A DNA stretch of 64,000 nt from Chloroflexota bacterium (GCA_040752335.1 JBFMEV010000011.1:7465-71464), one strand, 5' to 3'; counted from the stretch's first letter, positions 30,276 through 41,717 are shown. The notes: generated by a model not told the origin, from the sequence alone. Program-made: numbers and translations.

Positions 30276-30359
30276 CCGAATGGGATCACCAGGACTGCGG
30301 TCTCACCTTCGCCCTCGACGATCAGCTGGTGGCACGCCTCGCACCGCTACAGTTCTGGA

Positions 30360-31328
30360 ATGAGTGACAAGCCCGACGCGACGTTGCCCCTCCGCGGGAG
30401 GGATCTGCTCAGCGCGGGTGACCTGACCCCCGACGAGGTCCGGCGCGTGTTCGCGACGGCTGCGGCCCTCAAGGCCGAGTTTCTGGTAGCGCGGCGGCAC
30501 GAGCGGCCGCCGCTCGTGCGGCGGACGCTGGCGATGCTCTTCGAGCGGCCGAGCCTGCGGACCCGGGTGACGTTCGAGGCCGGGATGCTCCAGCTCGGCG
30601 GCGGGGCCATCCAGCTGACCTCCGGCAACGTCGGCTGGGGCGAGCGGGAATCGGTCGCCGATGTCGCTCGGAACCTCCAGGCGTTCGTCGACGCGATCGT
30701 CATCCGGACCGGCCACCACGAGATCGCCGTGGAGCTCGCGGCCGCCGCCGACGTTCCCGTCATCAACGCCCTGACCCTCCACGAGCATCCCTGCCAGGCC
30801 CTGGCCGACGTCTTCACGCTGCGGGAGGCGTTCGGGCGCCTCGAGGGGCTCGTGGTGACCTTCGTCGGTGACGGCAACAACGTCTTCCACTCGCTGGCAC
30901 TGGTCGCCGCCGGCCAGGGGATCGAGGTCCGGCTCGCCCATCCGGACGGCTACGGCCCGGACCCGGCGGTGGTCGCCATGGCCGAAAGGCTGGCCGCCAC
31001 GAGCGGTGCCCGGGTCGCCATCGGGCGAGATCCGCGCGAGCTCGTGGCCGGGGCGGACGTCATCTACACCGACGCCTGGACATCGATGGGCCAGGAAGCC
31101 GAGGCCGACGAGCGGCGCGTCGCGTTCGCTGGGTACCGGGTCGACGAGACGCTCTGCGCGGCGGCCGGGCCGGGGGCGCGGGTGATGCACTGCCTCCCGG
31201 CGCACCGCGGCGAGGAGATCACGTCCGAGGTGATGGACGGGCCGCGGAGCCTCATCTTCCGCCAGTCGGAGAATCGCCTCCACGTCCAGAAGGGCCTCCT
31301 CGTCGAGCTGCTCGGCGACCCGGGGTAG
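30360..31328 (+). CDS. argF: Ornithine carbamoyltransferase
   Basis: 322 aa. Carbamoyl-phosphate site FERPSLRTRVTFE. C-terminal HCLPAHRGEE (HCLP motif) indicates OTCase rather than ATCase. Confidence 0.8.
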   Translation: MSDKPDATLPLRGRDLLSAGDLTPDEVRRVFATAAALKAEFLVARRHERPPLVRRTLAMLFERPSLRTRVTFEAGMLQLGGGAIQLTSGNVGWGERESVADVARNLQAFVDAIVIRTGHHEIAVELAAAADVPVINALTLHEHPCQALADVFTLREAFGRLEGLVVTFVGDGNNVFHSLALVAAGQGIEVRLAHPDGYGPDPAVVAMAERLAATSGARVAIGRDPRELVAGADVIYTDAWTSMGQEAEADERRVAFAGYRVDETLCAAAGPGARVMHCLPAHRGEEITSEVMDGPRSLIFRQSENRLHVQKGLLVELLGDPG

Positions 31329-31339
31329 GATGCGGTCCG

Positions 31340-32368
31340 ATGAGCCAGGCCCTCTACGAGCAGTACAAGGATGCCCTTCGGCGGGGCCACGTGGCCGCCC
31401 TCCGAGGCCGGCTCGACGCAGCCGAGGCCGCCTACCGGGCGGCCGCGGCGATCGCTCCGGACCGGGCTCTGCCGTACGTCAGCCTCGGCGGGGTGCTGCG
31501 CCGGGCCCAGCGGATCGACGATGCCCTGGCCGCGTTCGGGGTCGCGCTGACCCTGGCGCCCGAGGACGAGGGCGCGCTGCGGGGGCGGGCGGAGCTCCAG
31601 GCAGAGCGGGGCCGGCGGGCGGAGGCGGCGATCGACTTCGAAGCCCTGGCCGGAATCTTCGATCGGGCCGGCCGCCTGACCGACGCCGCCGACGCCGCCC
31701 GGCGCGCCCTGGAGCTGGCCGAATCGAGGTCCCGGCGCCGCGAGATGGAGCGCCTCGGGTCGCTCCTGCGCGAAAGCGGGACGGATCGCGACGCGGTCGA
31801 TGCCCTCGATCGGGCGCTCCGGATCCTGGAGGCCGTCGACGCGGGCGTCGAGGCGCCGCCGCCGGACGAGGCCGCGCCGCCGCCGGTGGGGGTCCAGGCG
31901 ACCGCCCCGGCCGAACCCGAACCGGAGCCCGAGGCGACGCCACAGCCGGAGGCCGAACAGGAGCCCGAGGCGTCGCCGGAGCTCTCCGCTCAGCCGCCAT
32001 CGCCGCCGGCCCCCGATCCGGCGGTCCTCCGGGCCGTCGCGGACGCCCTCCTGGACAGCGGCGACACCCGGGGCGGAACGGAGCGGCTCCTGGCGCTGGC
32101 CGCGCTCCATCGGGCTGCCGGGCGCCTCGACGCCGCGATGGACGCCTGTCTCGCGCTGCTCGCCGTGGCCCCGTCCGACCATCGCCTGCAGCGCCAGATC
32201 GCCGCGATCCAGCTGGATCGCGGCTGGAACGCCGCGGCCGCCGAGAAGCTCCGCCTGCTGGCCCGCCTGGCCGACCTCGATGGCGACGCCGAGGCGCGGG
32301 CGGCGATCTCGGCCTTCGCCGTCGAGCGAGGCATCGAGACACCGCCGGGGTCGGTGCCCCCGGGCTGA
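31340..32368 (+). CDS. TPR-repeat protein with a central P/E/A-rich disordered linker
   Basis: 342 aa. Alanine/arginine-rich TPR-like helices lie at both ends (e.g. ...GRLDAAEAAYRAAAAIAPDRALPYVSLGGVL...). The middle is EPEPEPEATPQPEAEQEPEASPE. It lies immediately upstream of cdaA. Confidence 0.55.
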   Translation: MSQALYEQYKDALRRGHVAALRGRLDAAEAAYRAAAAIAPDRALPYVSLGGVLRRAQRIDDALAAFGVALTLAPEDEGALRGRAELQAERGRRAEAAIDFEALAGIFDRAGRLTDAADAARRALELAESRSRRREMERLGSLLRESGTDRDAVDALDRALRILEAVDAGVEAPPPDEAAPPPVGVQATAPAEPEPEPEATPQPEAEQEPEASPELSAQPPSPPAPDPAVLRAVADALLDSGDTRGGTERLLALAALHRAAGRLDAAMDACLALLAVAPSDHRLQRQIAAIQLDRGWNAAAAEKLRLLARLADLDGDAEARAAISAFAVERGIETPPGSVPPG

Positions 32369-32388
32369 CGCGGTACACTCGCTGGACG

Positions 32389-33474
32389 ATGCCGCAGCTC
32401 ATAGCGTCGATCCTGGACCAGGTCAGGCCCACGACGCTCCTCGACATCGGGCTCACCGCGGTCCTCATCTACTGGCTCTTCAGCCTCATCCGCGGGACGC
32501 GAGCGGTTCGGCTGGTGATCGGCGTCAGTGTCCTGTTCGTCGTTTACTTCGCGGCCCAGGCGCTGTCCCTCCGCCTCCTCACCCAGATCCTCCAGGCGGG
32601 CGCCGTCGTCGGCCTGGTCGCGGTCGTCGTCATCTTCCAACCCGAGCTGCGGCGAGCCCTCGAGCGGATCGGTCGGGTCGGCTCGTTCGCCTGGCTCTTC
32701 CAGGCCGAGAACCGCGAGGCCGAGGAGGTTGCCTCGGCCGTCGCCCGGGCGGCAGCGCTGCTGTCCGGTGACGGCCACGGCGCCCTCATCGTCTTCGAGC
32801 GCGACACCGGGCTGGAGGAGATCGCCGAAACCGGGGTCATGATCCACGGCGATCTCACCGTCGATCTCCTCCGCACGATCTTCATGCCCCGTACCGCCCT
32901 CCACGATGGGGCCGTCATCGTCCGAGGGGCCACGGTCCTTGCCGCCGGCGCGCTCCTGCCCTTGGCCGAGACGACCGTCCATACGGAGCGGCTGGGGACC
33001 CGCCACCGGGCCGCCCTCGGGATCACCGAACAGACCGACGCGGTCGTCGTCGTCGTGTCCGAGGAGAACGGCCAGGTCAGCCTCGTCGAGCGCGCGAGGA
33101 TCGTCCGCAACCTCGGCGAGCTGCAGCTCGCCCGGGCCCTCCGCGCGCTGCTCGATCCCCAGGCTGACGGCGGCCGGTTCCGTTTCCGCTCGACCGCCGG
33201 GACGGCGCACCGATCGGCGACGAGCGGCGTCCCGTCCCGCCTCGTCGGACGAACGCCGGCCCCCGCACCGACCCCGTCACAACTCCCGAGCCCGTCCCAG
33301 CCGTCATCTCCGCCGTCCTCCGATCCGGCGGTCGCACCGGAGCCTGATGCCGCGACGGTCGCGGTGCCCGCGGCCGGTGGATCGCCGCCGCCAGGCTCGC
33401 CGCCGCCAGGCTCGTCGCCGGCAGGCTCGACGCAGACGCCTCGGCCGGCCCGGTCGGGCAACCCGGGACGATGA
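32389..33474 (+). CDS. cdaA: Diadenylate cyclase CdaA (DacA) with 3 N-terminal TM helices and a ~90-aa proline-rich C-terminal tail
   Basis: DAC-domain signatures TALHDGAVIV and LGTRHRAALGITEQTDAVVVVVSEENGQVSL. ATG 32389 was chosen inside the long spurious track ORF 31330..33474. Confidence 0.85.
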   Translation: MPQLIASILDQVRPTTLLDIGLTAVLIYWLFSLIRGTRAVRLVIGVSVLFVVYFAAQALSLRLLTQILQAGAVVGLVAVVVIFQPELRRALERIGRVGSFAWLFQAENREAEEVASAVARAAALLSGDGHGALIVFERDTGLEEIAETGVMIHGDLTVDLLRTIFMPRTALHDGAVIVRGATVLAAGALLPLAETTVHTERLGTRHRAALGITEQTDAVVVVVSEENGQVSLVERARIVRNLGELQLARALRALLDPQADGGRFRFRSTAGTAHRSATSGVPSRLVGRTPAPAPTPSQLPSPSQPSSPPSSDPAVAPEPDAATVAVPAAGGSPPPGSPPPGSSPAGSTQTPRPARSGNPGR

Positions 33475-34718
33475 CGCGAATCCTGCGCCTCGTCGTCCAC
33501 AACTGGCCCCTGAAGCTGGGGGCCGCCGCTCTGGCGACCCTGCTCTACGCCGGCCTCGTGATCTCGACGAACGCCAAGGTCTTCCCGGTCAGCATCCCGA
33601 TCGAGGCGACGGGCGCGACCGGCGACATCACGATCCTGTCCGATCTCGGCGCGGTCCGCGAGGTCCGCTACCTGGCGCCCGAGGACCTCGGGCTCCGGCT
33701 GGACAGCTCCAACTTCCGGGCGACGGTCGACCTGAGCGAGGTCGATCCGGCCGTGGGCCGTGTCTCGGTCGACGTCGAGGTCGAGGCCATCGACCCGCGT
33801 GTGACGGTCCTCGACTTCGAGCCCCGCCGGATCGTCGTCGAGCTGGACGTCGTCGTCAGCCGGACCGTCCCGGTGCGGGCGGTGATCGGACCCGTCCCGA
33901 GCGGCCTCGACGTCGGCGATCCCGTCGTCGAGGACGAGGAGGTCACGGTCACCGGTGCGGCCTCGCTCGTCGAGCGGATCGCCGAGGTCCAGGCCCGGAT
34001 CTCGGTCGATGCCTCGGGCATCGACGTCAATCGCCTCGTCGACCTGTTGCCGGTGGATCTCGCCGGCGAGCCCGTCTCGCCGGTCGACGTGGAGCCGACG
34101 TCGACCCGTGTCCGGCTGCCGATCTTCAGCGACCGCCAGACCAGGACGCTGCCGATCCGGCCGGTCGTGGCCGGCTCTCCGGCGGCCGGCTTCGAGGTCG
34201 CCTCAGTGACCGTCGATCCCATCGTCGTCGCGATCGAGGGCGACGCCGACGACCTGGCCGTGCTCGAGGTCGCCGACACCTCGCCGGTCACGATCACCGG
34301 CGCAACCTCGAACGTGACGGCCACGGCGACCCTCGAGCTCCCGGATGGGGTCCAGGCCCTCGGGGAGGTGGCGATCACGGTCACGGTGACCCTGCGCCCC
34401 GTCACCGCCTCGCGCTCGTTCGAGGCCGGCCTCATCCTCGTCGGCGCGCGGGCCGATCGCGAGTACGCGCTGTCGACCGACCGGGTGCTGGTCACGATCG
34501 GCGGCTCGATCGCCGACCTCGACCGGCTCTCGGGCTCCGATCTCGTCCTGACCCTGGACGTCACCGGCCTCGAGGCCGGGAGTCACGAGGTCAGCGTGAG
34601 CGCGAACCTCCAGACCGGGCTTACGCTGATCGGCGCGAGCCCGAACCCGATCATCGTGACGATCAGCCCGCCACCGGCCACCCCAAGCCCGCCGGCCTCG
34701 CCCAGCCCGTCGCCCTGA
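33471..34718 (+). CDS. cdaR: CdaA regulatory protein CdaR (YbbR-like domain repeats)
   Basis: 415 aa. ATGA overlap with cdaA. N-terminal TM helix followed by repeated YbbR-like beta-rich modules. Conserved cdaA-cdaR-glmM synteny. Confidence 0.75.
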   Translation: MTRILRLVVHNWPLKLGAAALATLLYAGLVISTNAKVFPVSIPIEATGATGDITILSDLGAVREVRYLAPEDLGLRLDSSNFRATVDLSEVDPAVGRVSVDVEVEAIDPRVTVLDFEPRRIVVELDVVVSRTVPVRAVIGPVPSGLDVGDPVVEDEEVTVTGAASLVERIAEVQARISVDASGIDVNRLVDLLPVDLAGEPVSPVDVEPTSTRVRLPIFSDRQTRTLPIRPVVAGSPAAGFEVASVTVDPIVVAIEGDADDLAVLEVADTSPVTITGATSNVTATATLELPDGVQALGEVAITVTVTLRPVTASRSFEAGLILVGARADREYALSTDRVLVTIGGSIADLDRLSGSDLVLTLDVTGLEAGSHEVSVSANLQTGLTLIGASPNPIIVTISPPPATPSPPASPSPSP

Positions 34719-34783
34719 CGCGCCGGACCCATACCACTCCCGATTCGAACCGCCCGCCACCCTTCCCGGAGGATCGACCGACC

Positions 34784-36118
34784 GTGGCCCGCCTGTTCGG
34801 CACCGACGGCATCCGCGGCATCGCCAACGTCGAGCTCAAGCCGACGACCGCCTACGCCCTCGGACGGGCGACCGCCCACCGGCTCGTCGGCGTCCGGGGC
34901 GCGATCGTCGTGGGCCAGGACACCCGGCGCTCCTGCGACCTCTTCGTGGCGGCCATCACGGCCGGGGCGACGAGCCTTGGGACGGACGTCCACCAGGTCG
35001 GCGTCGTGCCCACCCCGGCCCTGGCCTTCCTGGCCGGCGGTGGCGAGTACGCCGCCGGGATCATGGTTTCGGCGTCCCACAACCCGGCAGCCGACAACGG
35101 CCTCAAGGTCCTGGACCAGGACGGCCTGAAGCTCGACGACACCGTCGAGGACGAGCTCGAGCAGCTCATCTGGCGGACCGAGGAGCTGGGCGGGGTCGGC
35201 AATGACGATCTTGGCGTGGCCGTCGACGCCCGTGAGCGGACGGCCCGGTACGTCGCGGATCGGATTCGCCTCGCCTCGGCCGTGGACGCGGGCGGGCTAC
35301 GGCTCGTCCTCGACGCGGCAAACGGCTCGGGCGGCGGGGTGGGCCCCGGGATCCTCGAGGCCACCGGTGCCGCGGTCGAGGTCATCAACAACCGGCCCGA
35401 CGGGACGAACATCAACCTCCACTGCGGGGCCACCGATCCATCCGGGCTGGCCCGGGCGGTCGTCGAGCGCGGCGCCGACGTCGGGTTCGCCCTCGACGGC
35501 GACGCCGACCGGCTCATCGCGGTCGATGCCGCCGGCCGGATCGTCGACGGCGACCAGATCCTCGGCGTCCTGACCCTCGAGCGGCTCGCTCGCGACGGCC
35601 TGGCCGGTCGGACGCTGGTCGTGTCGGTTCTCTCCAACGGCGGGCTCCAGGCCGCCGTGGAGGCTGCCGGCGGGATCGTCGTCAGGACGCCCGTCGGCGA
35701 CAAGTACATCCTCGAGGGCATGCAGGTCGCCGGGGCCGGGCTCGGCGGCGAGAAGAGCGGCCACGTCATCGTCCGCGAGCACACGACGTCCGGGGACGGG
35801 ATCGTGACCGCCCTGGAGGTTCTGCGGGTCATGACCGCGGCCGGCCGGTCCCTGGCCGACCTCGCCGCGACGATCCCGCTCCTGCCGCAGCAACAGCGCG
35901 CCGTCCGGGTCCGTCACAAGGACCAGTGGGAGGGGGATCCGGTCCTCCAGCGGGCCATTCGCGAGGCGGAGACACGTCTCGGCGGGTCTGGCCGGATCCT
36001 CGTCCGGCCATCCGGCACGGAGCCCGCCCTGCGGGTGATGGTCGAAGGGCCGGACGCCGCCCTGGTCTCGGAGCTGGCCGACGCCATCGCGACCATCGCG
36101 GCCGAGCGGCTACACTGA
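34784..36118 (+). CDS. glmM: Phosphoglucosamine mutase
   Basis: GTG 34784 gives VARLFGTDGIRGIANVELKPTTAYALG.... Active-site VMVSASHNPAADNGLKV. 444 aa. The track ORF 32906..36118 has a spurious upstream extension. Confidence 0.88.
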   Translation: MARLFGTDGIRGIANVELKPTTAYALGRATAHRLVGVRGAIVVGQDTRRSCDLFVAAITAGATSLGTDVHQVGVVPTPALAFLAGGGEYAAGIMVSASHNPAADNGLKVLDQDGLKLDDTVEDELEQLIWRTEELGGVGNDDLGVAVDARERTARYVADRIRLASAVDAGGLRLVLDAANGSGGGVGPGILEATGAAVEVINNRPDGTNINLHCGATDPSGLARAVVERGADVGFALDGDADRLIAVDAAGRIVDGDQILGVLTLERLARDGLAGRTLVVSVLSNGGLQAAVEAAGGIVVRTPVGDKYILEGMQVAGAGLGGEKSGHVIVREHTTSGDGIVTALEVLRVMTAAGRSLADLAATIPLLPQQQRAVRVRHKDQWEGDPVLQRAIREAETRLGGSGRILVRPSGTEPALRVMVEGPDAALVSELADAIATIAAERLH

Positions 36119-36190
36119 CGCAGGTGCCCTCCCCATCGAGCCAGGAACCACCCGGCGGCGGCCGGGCGACAAGACGAAGGACCTGAACCG

Positions 36191-38023
<1,833 letters not shown>

Positions 38024-38041
38024 GTCGAGCAGGGGATCGGC

Positions 38042-38569
38042 GTGACCGGGCCGCTCGAGCCGCCGCCGACGGGCACGCAGGAGCTGGGCGTCGACATCAT
38101 CAAGGTCGCCCGGATCCGGGACACCCTCGAGCGCTTCGGGGCCCGCTTCAGCCGCCGCGTCCTGACCCCGGCCGAGCAGCGCTACGTCCGCGACCGGCCC
38201 GAGACGTTCGCCGGCCGCTGGGCGGCCAAGGAGGCGGTCAGCAAGGTCCTGGGGCTCGGCGTCCGGGGCATCGGCTGGCGCGACATCGAGGTCGAGCGGC
38301 TCCCGACGGGCCAGCCGGCGGTGCGGCTCCACGGCCGGGCGGCGGAGCGGGCCGAGCAGCTCGGAATGGGCCGGATCGCGCTGTCCATCAGCCACGAATC
38401 GGACTACGCCGTGGCGATCGCGTACGGCGTCCGGACTGCCGGCGGCCGGTACGTCTTCCCGCTCGACATCGAGGCCCGGCTCGACGAGCGCGAACGCCGG
38501 ATCCTGGCCCGGATGGAGCGGCTCCGGAGCCTCCACGAAGCCGCCGCCGCGGAGCGCGACGGTGGCTGA
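38042..38569 (+). CDS. acpS: Holo-[acyl-carrier-protein] synthase with a C-terminal extension
   Basis: GTG start. GVDIIKVARI... and ...AAKEAVSKVLG.. are 4'-phosphopantetheinyl transferase motifs. 175 aa versus the usual ~125. Confidence 0.75.
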   Translation: MTGPLEPPPTGTQELGVDIIKVARIRDTLERFGARFSRRVLTPAEQRYVRDRPETFAGRWAAKEAVSKVLGLGVRGIGWRDIEVERLPTGQPAVRLHGRAAERAEQLGMGRIALSISHESDYAVAIAYGVRTAGGRYVFPLDIEARLDERERRILARMERLRSLHEAAAAERDGG

Positions 38570-39620
38570 CCGGGCCATGGGGTTCGGGCGCCGGGCGACC
38601 GACGCCGGGGTCTCGGAGCCGTCCGCGGCGTCGGGGGCCGCTCCGGTCATGACCGATCGCTCGGTCGCGCTCCTCCTGCCGGCCCGGCCGCCGCGCGGCC
38701 ACAAGGGCACGTTCGGCAAGCTCCTCGTCATCGCCGGCTCGCTCGACTATGCCGGGGCCGCGCTCCTGGTCTGCCGGGCCGCCGGCCGGGCCGGGGCAGG
38801 CCTCGTGACGCTGGCCATCCCCGAGTCGCTCCAGCCCCTGTTCGCGGCCAAGGTCGTGGAGGCGACGACGATGGCCCTGCCCGAGGACGACGTCGAGGAG
38901 GTCGATCCCGAGCCGGCCCTGGCCCGGATCCTCGACCACGAGCACGACGCGATCGTCCTGGGCCCGGGCCTCCGGCCGGGCCTCGCCACGACCGAGCTGG
39001 TCCGCGAGCTGCTGGGGGCCGGCGACGAGGAGGCGCCCTCGCCGATCGTCCTCGACGCCGAGGCCCTGCGCTCGATGGCCACCCTCGGCGACTGGTGGAC
39101 GGGCGAGGGCCGTCGACCGGCCGTGCTCACCCCGCACCCCGGCGAGTTCGCCCGGCTCCGGGCCGGGGCGGGGATCGACGCCGAGGCCGACGGCGACCTG
39201 GCGGCCGACGACGACGCGCGCTCGGCCGCCGCTCGCGACGCCGCCACGAGCTGGCGCCAGGTCGTCGTCCTCAAGGGCGCCCGGACGGTGATCGCCCAGC
39301 CCGACGGGACGGTGAGCGTGGCGCCGTTCGAGAACCCAGCCCTCGCCACCGGCGGCACCGGCGACGTCCTCGCCGGGATCATCGGCGCACTCCTGGCCCA
39401 GGGCCTGGCACCGGCCGAGGCCGCCCGCCTCGGCGTCTACCTCCACGGGCTGGCTGGCGACGCGGTCCGGGAGCGCCTCGGCGATGCCGGGCTCCTGGCC
39501 GGCGACCTGCCCGACGCCGTCCCGGGCGCACGGAAGCGCCTCGCCGCGGTGGCCGACCGGATGCGGCCGGGCAAGCGCCTCGGCTTCGCCGTCGGCGAGC
39601 CGGCCGGAGCGACCGACTGA
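38562..39620 (+). CDS. nnrD: ADP-dependent (S)-NAD(P)H-hydrate dehydratase (YjeF C-terminal domain). An alternative ATG at 38649 gives 323 aa
   Basis: HKGTFGKLLVIAGSLDYAGAALLVCRAAGRAGAGLVTLA and GGTGDVLAGIIGALLAQG are carbohydrate-kinase-like NnrD signatures. No N-terminal epimerase domain is present. Confidence 0.8.
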   Translation: MADRAMGFGRRATDAGVSEPSAASGAAPVMTDRSVALLLPARPPRGHKGTFGKLLVIAGSLDYAGAALLVCRAAGRAGAGLVTLAIPESLQPLFAAKVVEATTMALPEDDVEEVDPEPALARILDHEHDAIVLGPGLRPGLATTELVRELLGAGDEEAPSPIVLDAEALRSMATLGDWWTGEGRRPAVLTPHPGEFARLRAGAGIDAEADGDLAADDDARSAAARDAATSWRQVVVLKGARTVIAQPDGTVSVAPFENPALATGGTGDVLAGIIGALLAQGLAPAEAARLGVYLHGLAGDAVRERLGDAGLLAGDLPDAVPGARKRLAAVADRMRPGKRLGFAVGEPAGATD

Positions 39621-40867
39621 GCGCCGCGGGCCCGGCCGCGCGGTCGATCGAGGCCCGGCTCGATCGGGCCGGCCTCCCGCCGCTGCCGCGAACCGCCTGG
39701 CTGGAGATCGACCTGGAGGCGCTCACGGCCAACCTGGCCACCATCCGTCGCCGGGCCGGTGCCGGCGTGCCCGTCCAGCCGGTGGTCAAGGCCGATGCCT
39801 ACGGCCACGGGGCCGGCCCCGGGGCCCGGGCCCTCGAGGCGGCCGGTGCCGACGGCTTCTGCGTCGCCGCCTTCGACGAGGCCGCGGCCCTGCGCGACGC
39901 CGGGATCCGACGCCCGATCCTCGTCCTCTACCCGGTCCCCGCGGCTTGGGCGGCGGAGGCCGCCCGGCGCCGGATCGGCGTGACCGCCGGGGACCTCCAG
40001 CTCCTCGACGCGACCCTCCTCGCCGCGGCCGGCCGAGCCGGTCGGACGGCGCTCCGGATTCAGCTCGAGGTCGAGACGGGGCTCGGCCGGGGCGGGCTCA
40101 GGCCGCCCGAGCTGCTCGAGGCAGCGCGGCGGGTGGAGGCGTCGCCCGGCGTCCGTCTCGACGGCCTGTGGACGCACCTCCAGGCGGCCGAGGACCGGCC
40201 CGGCACGGCCGCACAGCTGGAGCGGTTCGAGGCCGCAACCGCGACCCTCGTGGCGGCCGGCATTCGGCTGCCGCTCCGTCACGTCGCCGCGAGCGGCGCC
40301 CTGGTCCAGGACGGGCTCGTCGCCTACGACGGCGTGCGGCCGGGCCTGTCGATCTACGGGCTCGTGCCCGACGAGCTCCTCGACATCGTCGGCGTCGCCG
40401 TCCGACGCGCCCTCCGGCCCGTCATGTCGCTCCACGCCCGGCCCGTCCGGGTCGCCGACCTCCCGGCCGGCTGGGGCATCAGCTACGGCCCGAGCTACCG
40501 CACGGCCCGGCCGAGCCGGATCGCGACGCTGCCCCTGGGCTACGGCGACGGCTGGCCCCGGTCGCTCTCGAACCGGGCCGAGGTCCTCGTGCGAGGACAG
40601 CGCGTCCCGCTCGTCGGGACGGTGGCCATGGACGCCGTCATGGCCGACGTCAGCGCGGTCCCCGGACCCCCGGTCACGACCGACGACGAGTTCGTCCTCC
40701 TCGGTCGCCAGGGGACGGCCGAGATCACGGTCGCGGAGCTGGCGCGCCGTCGCACCACGAACTCGTGGGAAACCGTGACGAGCATGGCCGGGCGCCTGCC
40801 CCGGGTGTACCATGCCGGCTCCGGACCGGAGGGCATCCGGACGCTCGTCTCCGGAGGAATCGGGTGA
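39617..40867 (+). CDS. alr: Alanine racemase; true start unresolved (no canonical in-frame start before the PLP-lysine motif)
   Basis: PLP-binding VVKADAYGHG at 39782-39811, preceded by conserved TAWLEIDLEALTANL. The only in-frame candidates are CTG 39617, which overlaps the nnrD stop as CTGA, and GTG 39767, which is too close to the catalytic Lys. Stop at 40867. Confidence 0.8.
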   Translation: MSAAGPAARSIEARLDRAGLPPLPRTAWLEIDLEALTANLATIRRRAGAGVPVQPVVKADAYGHGAGPGARALEAAGADGFCVAAFDEAAALRDAGIRRPILVLYPVPAAWAAEAARRRIGVTAGDLQLLDATLLAAAGRAGRTALRIQLEVETGLGRGGLRPPELLEAARRVEASPGVRLDGLWTHLQAAEDRPGTAAQLERFEAATATLVAAGIRLPLRHVAASGALVQDGLVAYDGVRPGLSIYGLVPDELLDIVGVAVRRALRPVMSLHARPVRVADLPAGWGISYGPSYRTARPSRIATLPLGYGDGWPRSLSNRAEVLVRGQRVPLVGTVAMDAVMADVSAVPGPPVTTDDEFVLLGRQGTAEITVAELARRRTTNSWETVTSMAGRLPRVYHAGSGPEGIRTLVSGGIG

Positions 40868-41418
40868 CGCGCCTTGAACTGTGGAATGGGGACATCTGCG
40901 TCCTCGAGGTCGACGCGATTGTGAATCCCGCCAACCCGACGCTCTGGATGTCCACCGGGGTCGGTGGCGCGCTGAAGCGCGCCGGCGGCGACGCGATCGA
41001 GTTCGCCGCCGTCCGCCAGGGCCCGATCGAGCTCGGCGACGCGATCGTGACAGGCGGTGGCAACCTCGCGGCCAGGGCCGTCATCCACACCGCCTCGCTC
41101 GACCGCGACCGGCGCACGACCGCGCCGGTCCTGGAAGCCGCGGTCCGCAGCGCCCTCGCCCGGGCCCGCGAGATCGGGGCGACGAGCGTCGCCTTTCCGG
41201 CCCTCGGCACCGGTGTCGGCGGCTTCCCGCTCGACGAGGCGGCCCGGATCACGATCCAGACGGTCCGCGACGAGCTCGAGCGGAGCGAGGGGATCGAGCA
41301 CGTCGTCTTCGCCCTCCGCGGGCTGGCGGCCTACCAGGCCTTCGAGCGGGCGCTCGCCGAGGGCCCGGCCCCGGCGGCGGCGCGCCGCCCCGAGCCGACC
41401 GCCGAGGGTGGCGCATGA
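40864..41418 (+). CDS. Macro-domain protein (YmdB/O-acetyl-ADP-ribose deacetylase-like)
   Basis: GTG 40864 overlaps the alr stop (GTGA). ...ICVLEVDAIVNPANPTLWMSTGVGGALKRAGGDAIE...IHTASL... with the glycine-rich diphosphate-binding loops typical of macro domains. Confidence 0.75.
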   Translation: MTRLELWNGDICVLEVDAIVNPANPTLWMSTGVGGALKRAGGDAIEFAAVRQGPIELGDAIVTGGGNLAARAVIHTASLDRDRRTTAPVLEAAVRSALARAREIGATSVAFPALGTGVGGFPLDEAARITIQTVRDELERSEGIEHVVFALRGLAAYQAFERALAEGPAPAAARRPEPTAEGGA

Positions 41419-41717
41419 GCGAGCTCGGGACATCCGGCTTCGAGCCGACCGATGAGCAGCGCGACGAGCTCGTGGAGCAGGTCGCCCGCGAGATCCAGCT
41501 CCGTGGCCTGACCGCCCCGGCGGTCCACTTCCTCCACGCCAGCCGGCCCTATCGCCCGCTCGGCGCCAACGCGATGCTGTTCTTCGATCCGGTCCTCCGG
41601 AGCCTGTTCGGCGGCGACCTCGCCGAGGCCACCGCCCTCCTGGCCGACGACGACGGGATCGAGCAGCTCATCGAGCGCCTGGAGGAGCTCGACGAGGAGA
41701 CCGCCTGGGACGCCTGA
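41415..41717 (+). CDS. Hypothetical acidic protein (100 aa), translationally coupled to the macro-domain gene
   Basis: ATG 41415 overlaps the macro stop as ATGA. MSELGTSGFEPTDEQRDELVEQVAREIQLRGLTAPAVHFLHASRPYRPLGANAMLFFDPVLRSLFGGD... No recognisable family. Confidence 0.5.
   Translation: MSELGTSGFEPTDEQRDELVEQVAREIQLRGLTAPAVHFLHASRPYRPLGANAMLFFDPVLRSLFGGDLAEATALLADDDGIEQLIERLEELDEETAWDA

Noticed and set aside
30276-30359. ARG-box (ArgR/AhrC operator) upstream of argF
   Set aside because: No AT-rich TNTGAAT-N4-ATTCANW-like palindrome is visible. The region is GC-rich with only a short lower-GC patch.
29980-30363. Alternative 127-aa ORF overlapping the hypothetical 29967..30275 ORF
   Set aside because: Its translation is S/R/T/P-rich with no hydrophobic core, whereas the retained frame has balanced composition. 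The two overlap, so only one can be real.
34719-34783. tRNA-like T-loop fragment GATTCGAACC in the cdaR-glmM spacer
   Set aside because: The spacer is only 65 nt. No acceptor, D or anticodon stems can be drawn. Probably coincidence.
36119-36190. glmS ribozyme upstream of glmS
   Set aside because: The gap is only 72 nt with no ribozyme core motifs. glmS is directly coupled downstream of glmM.
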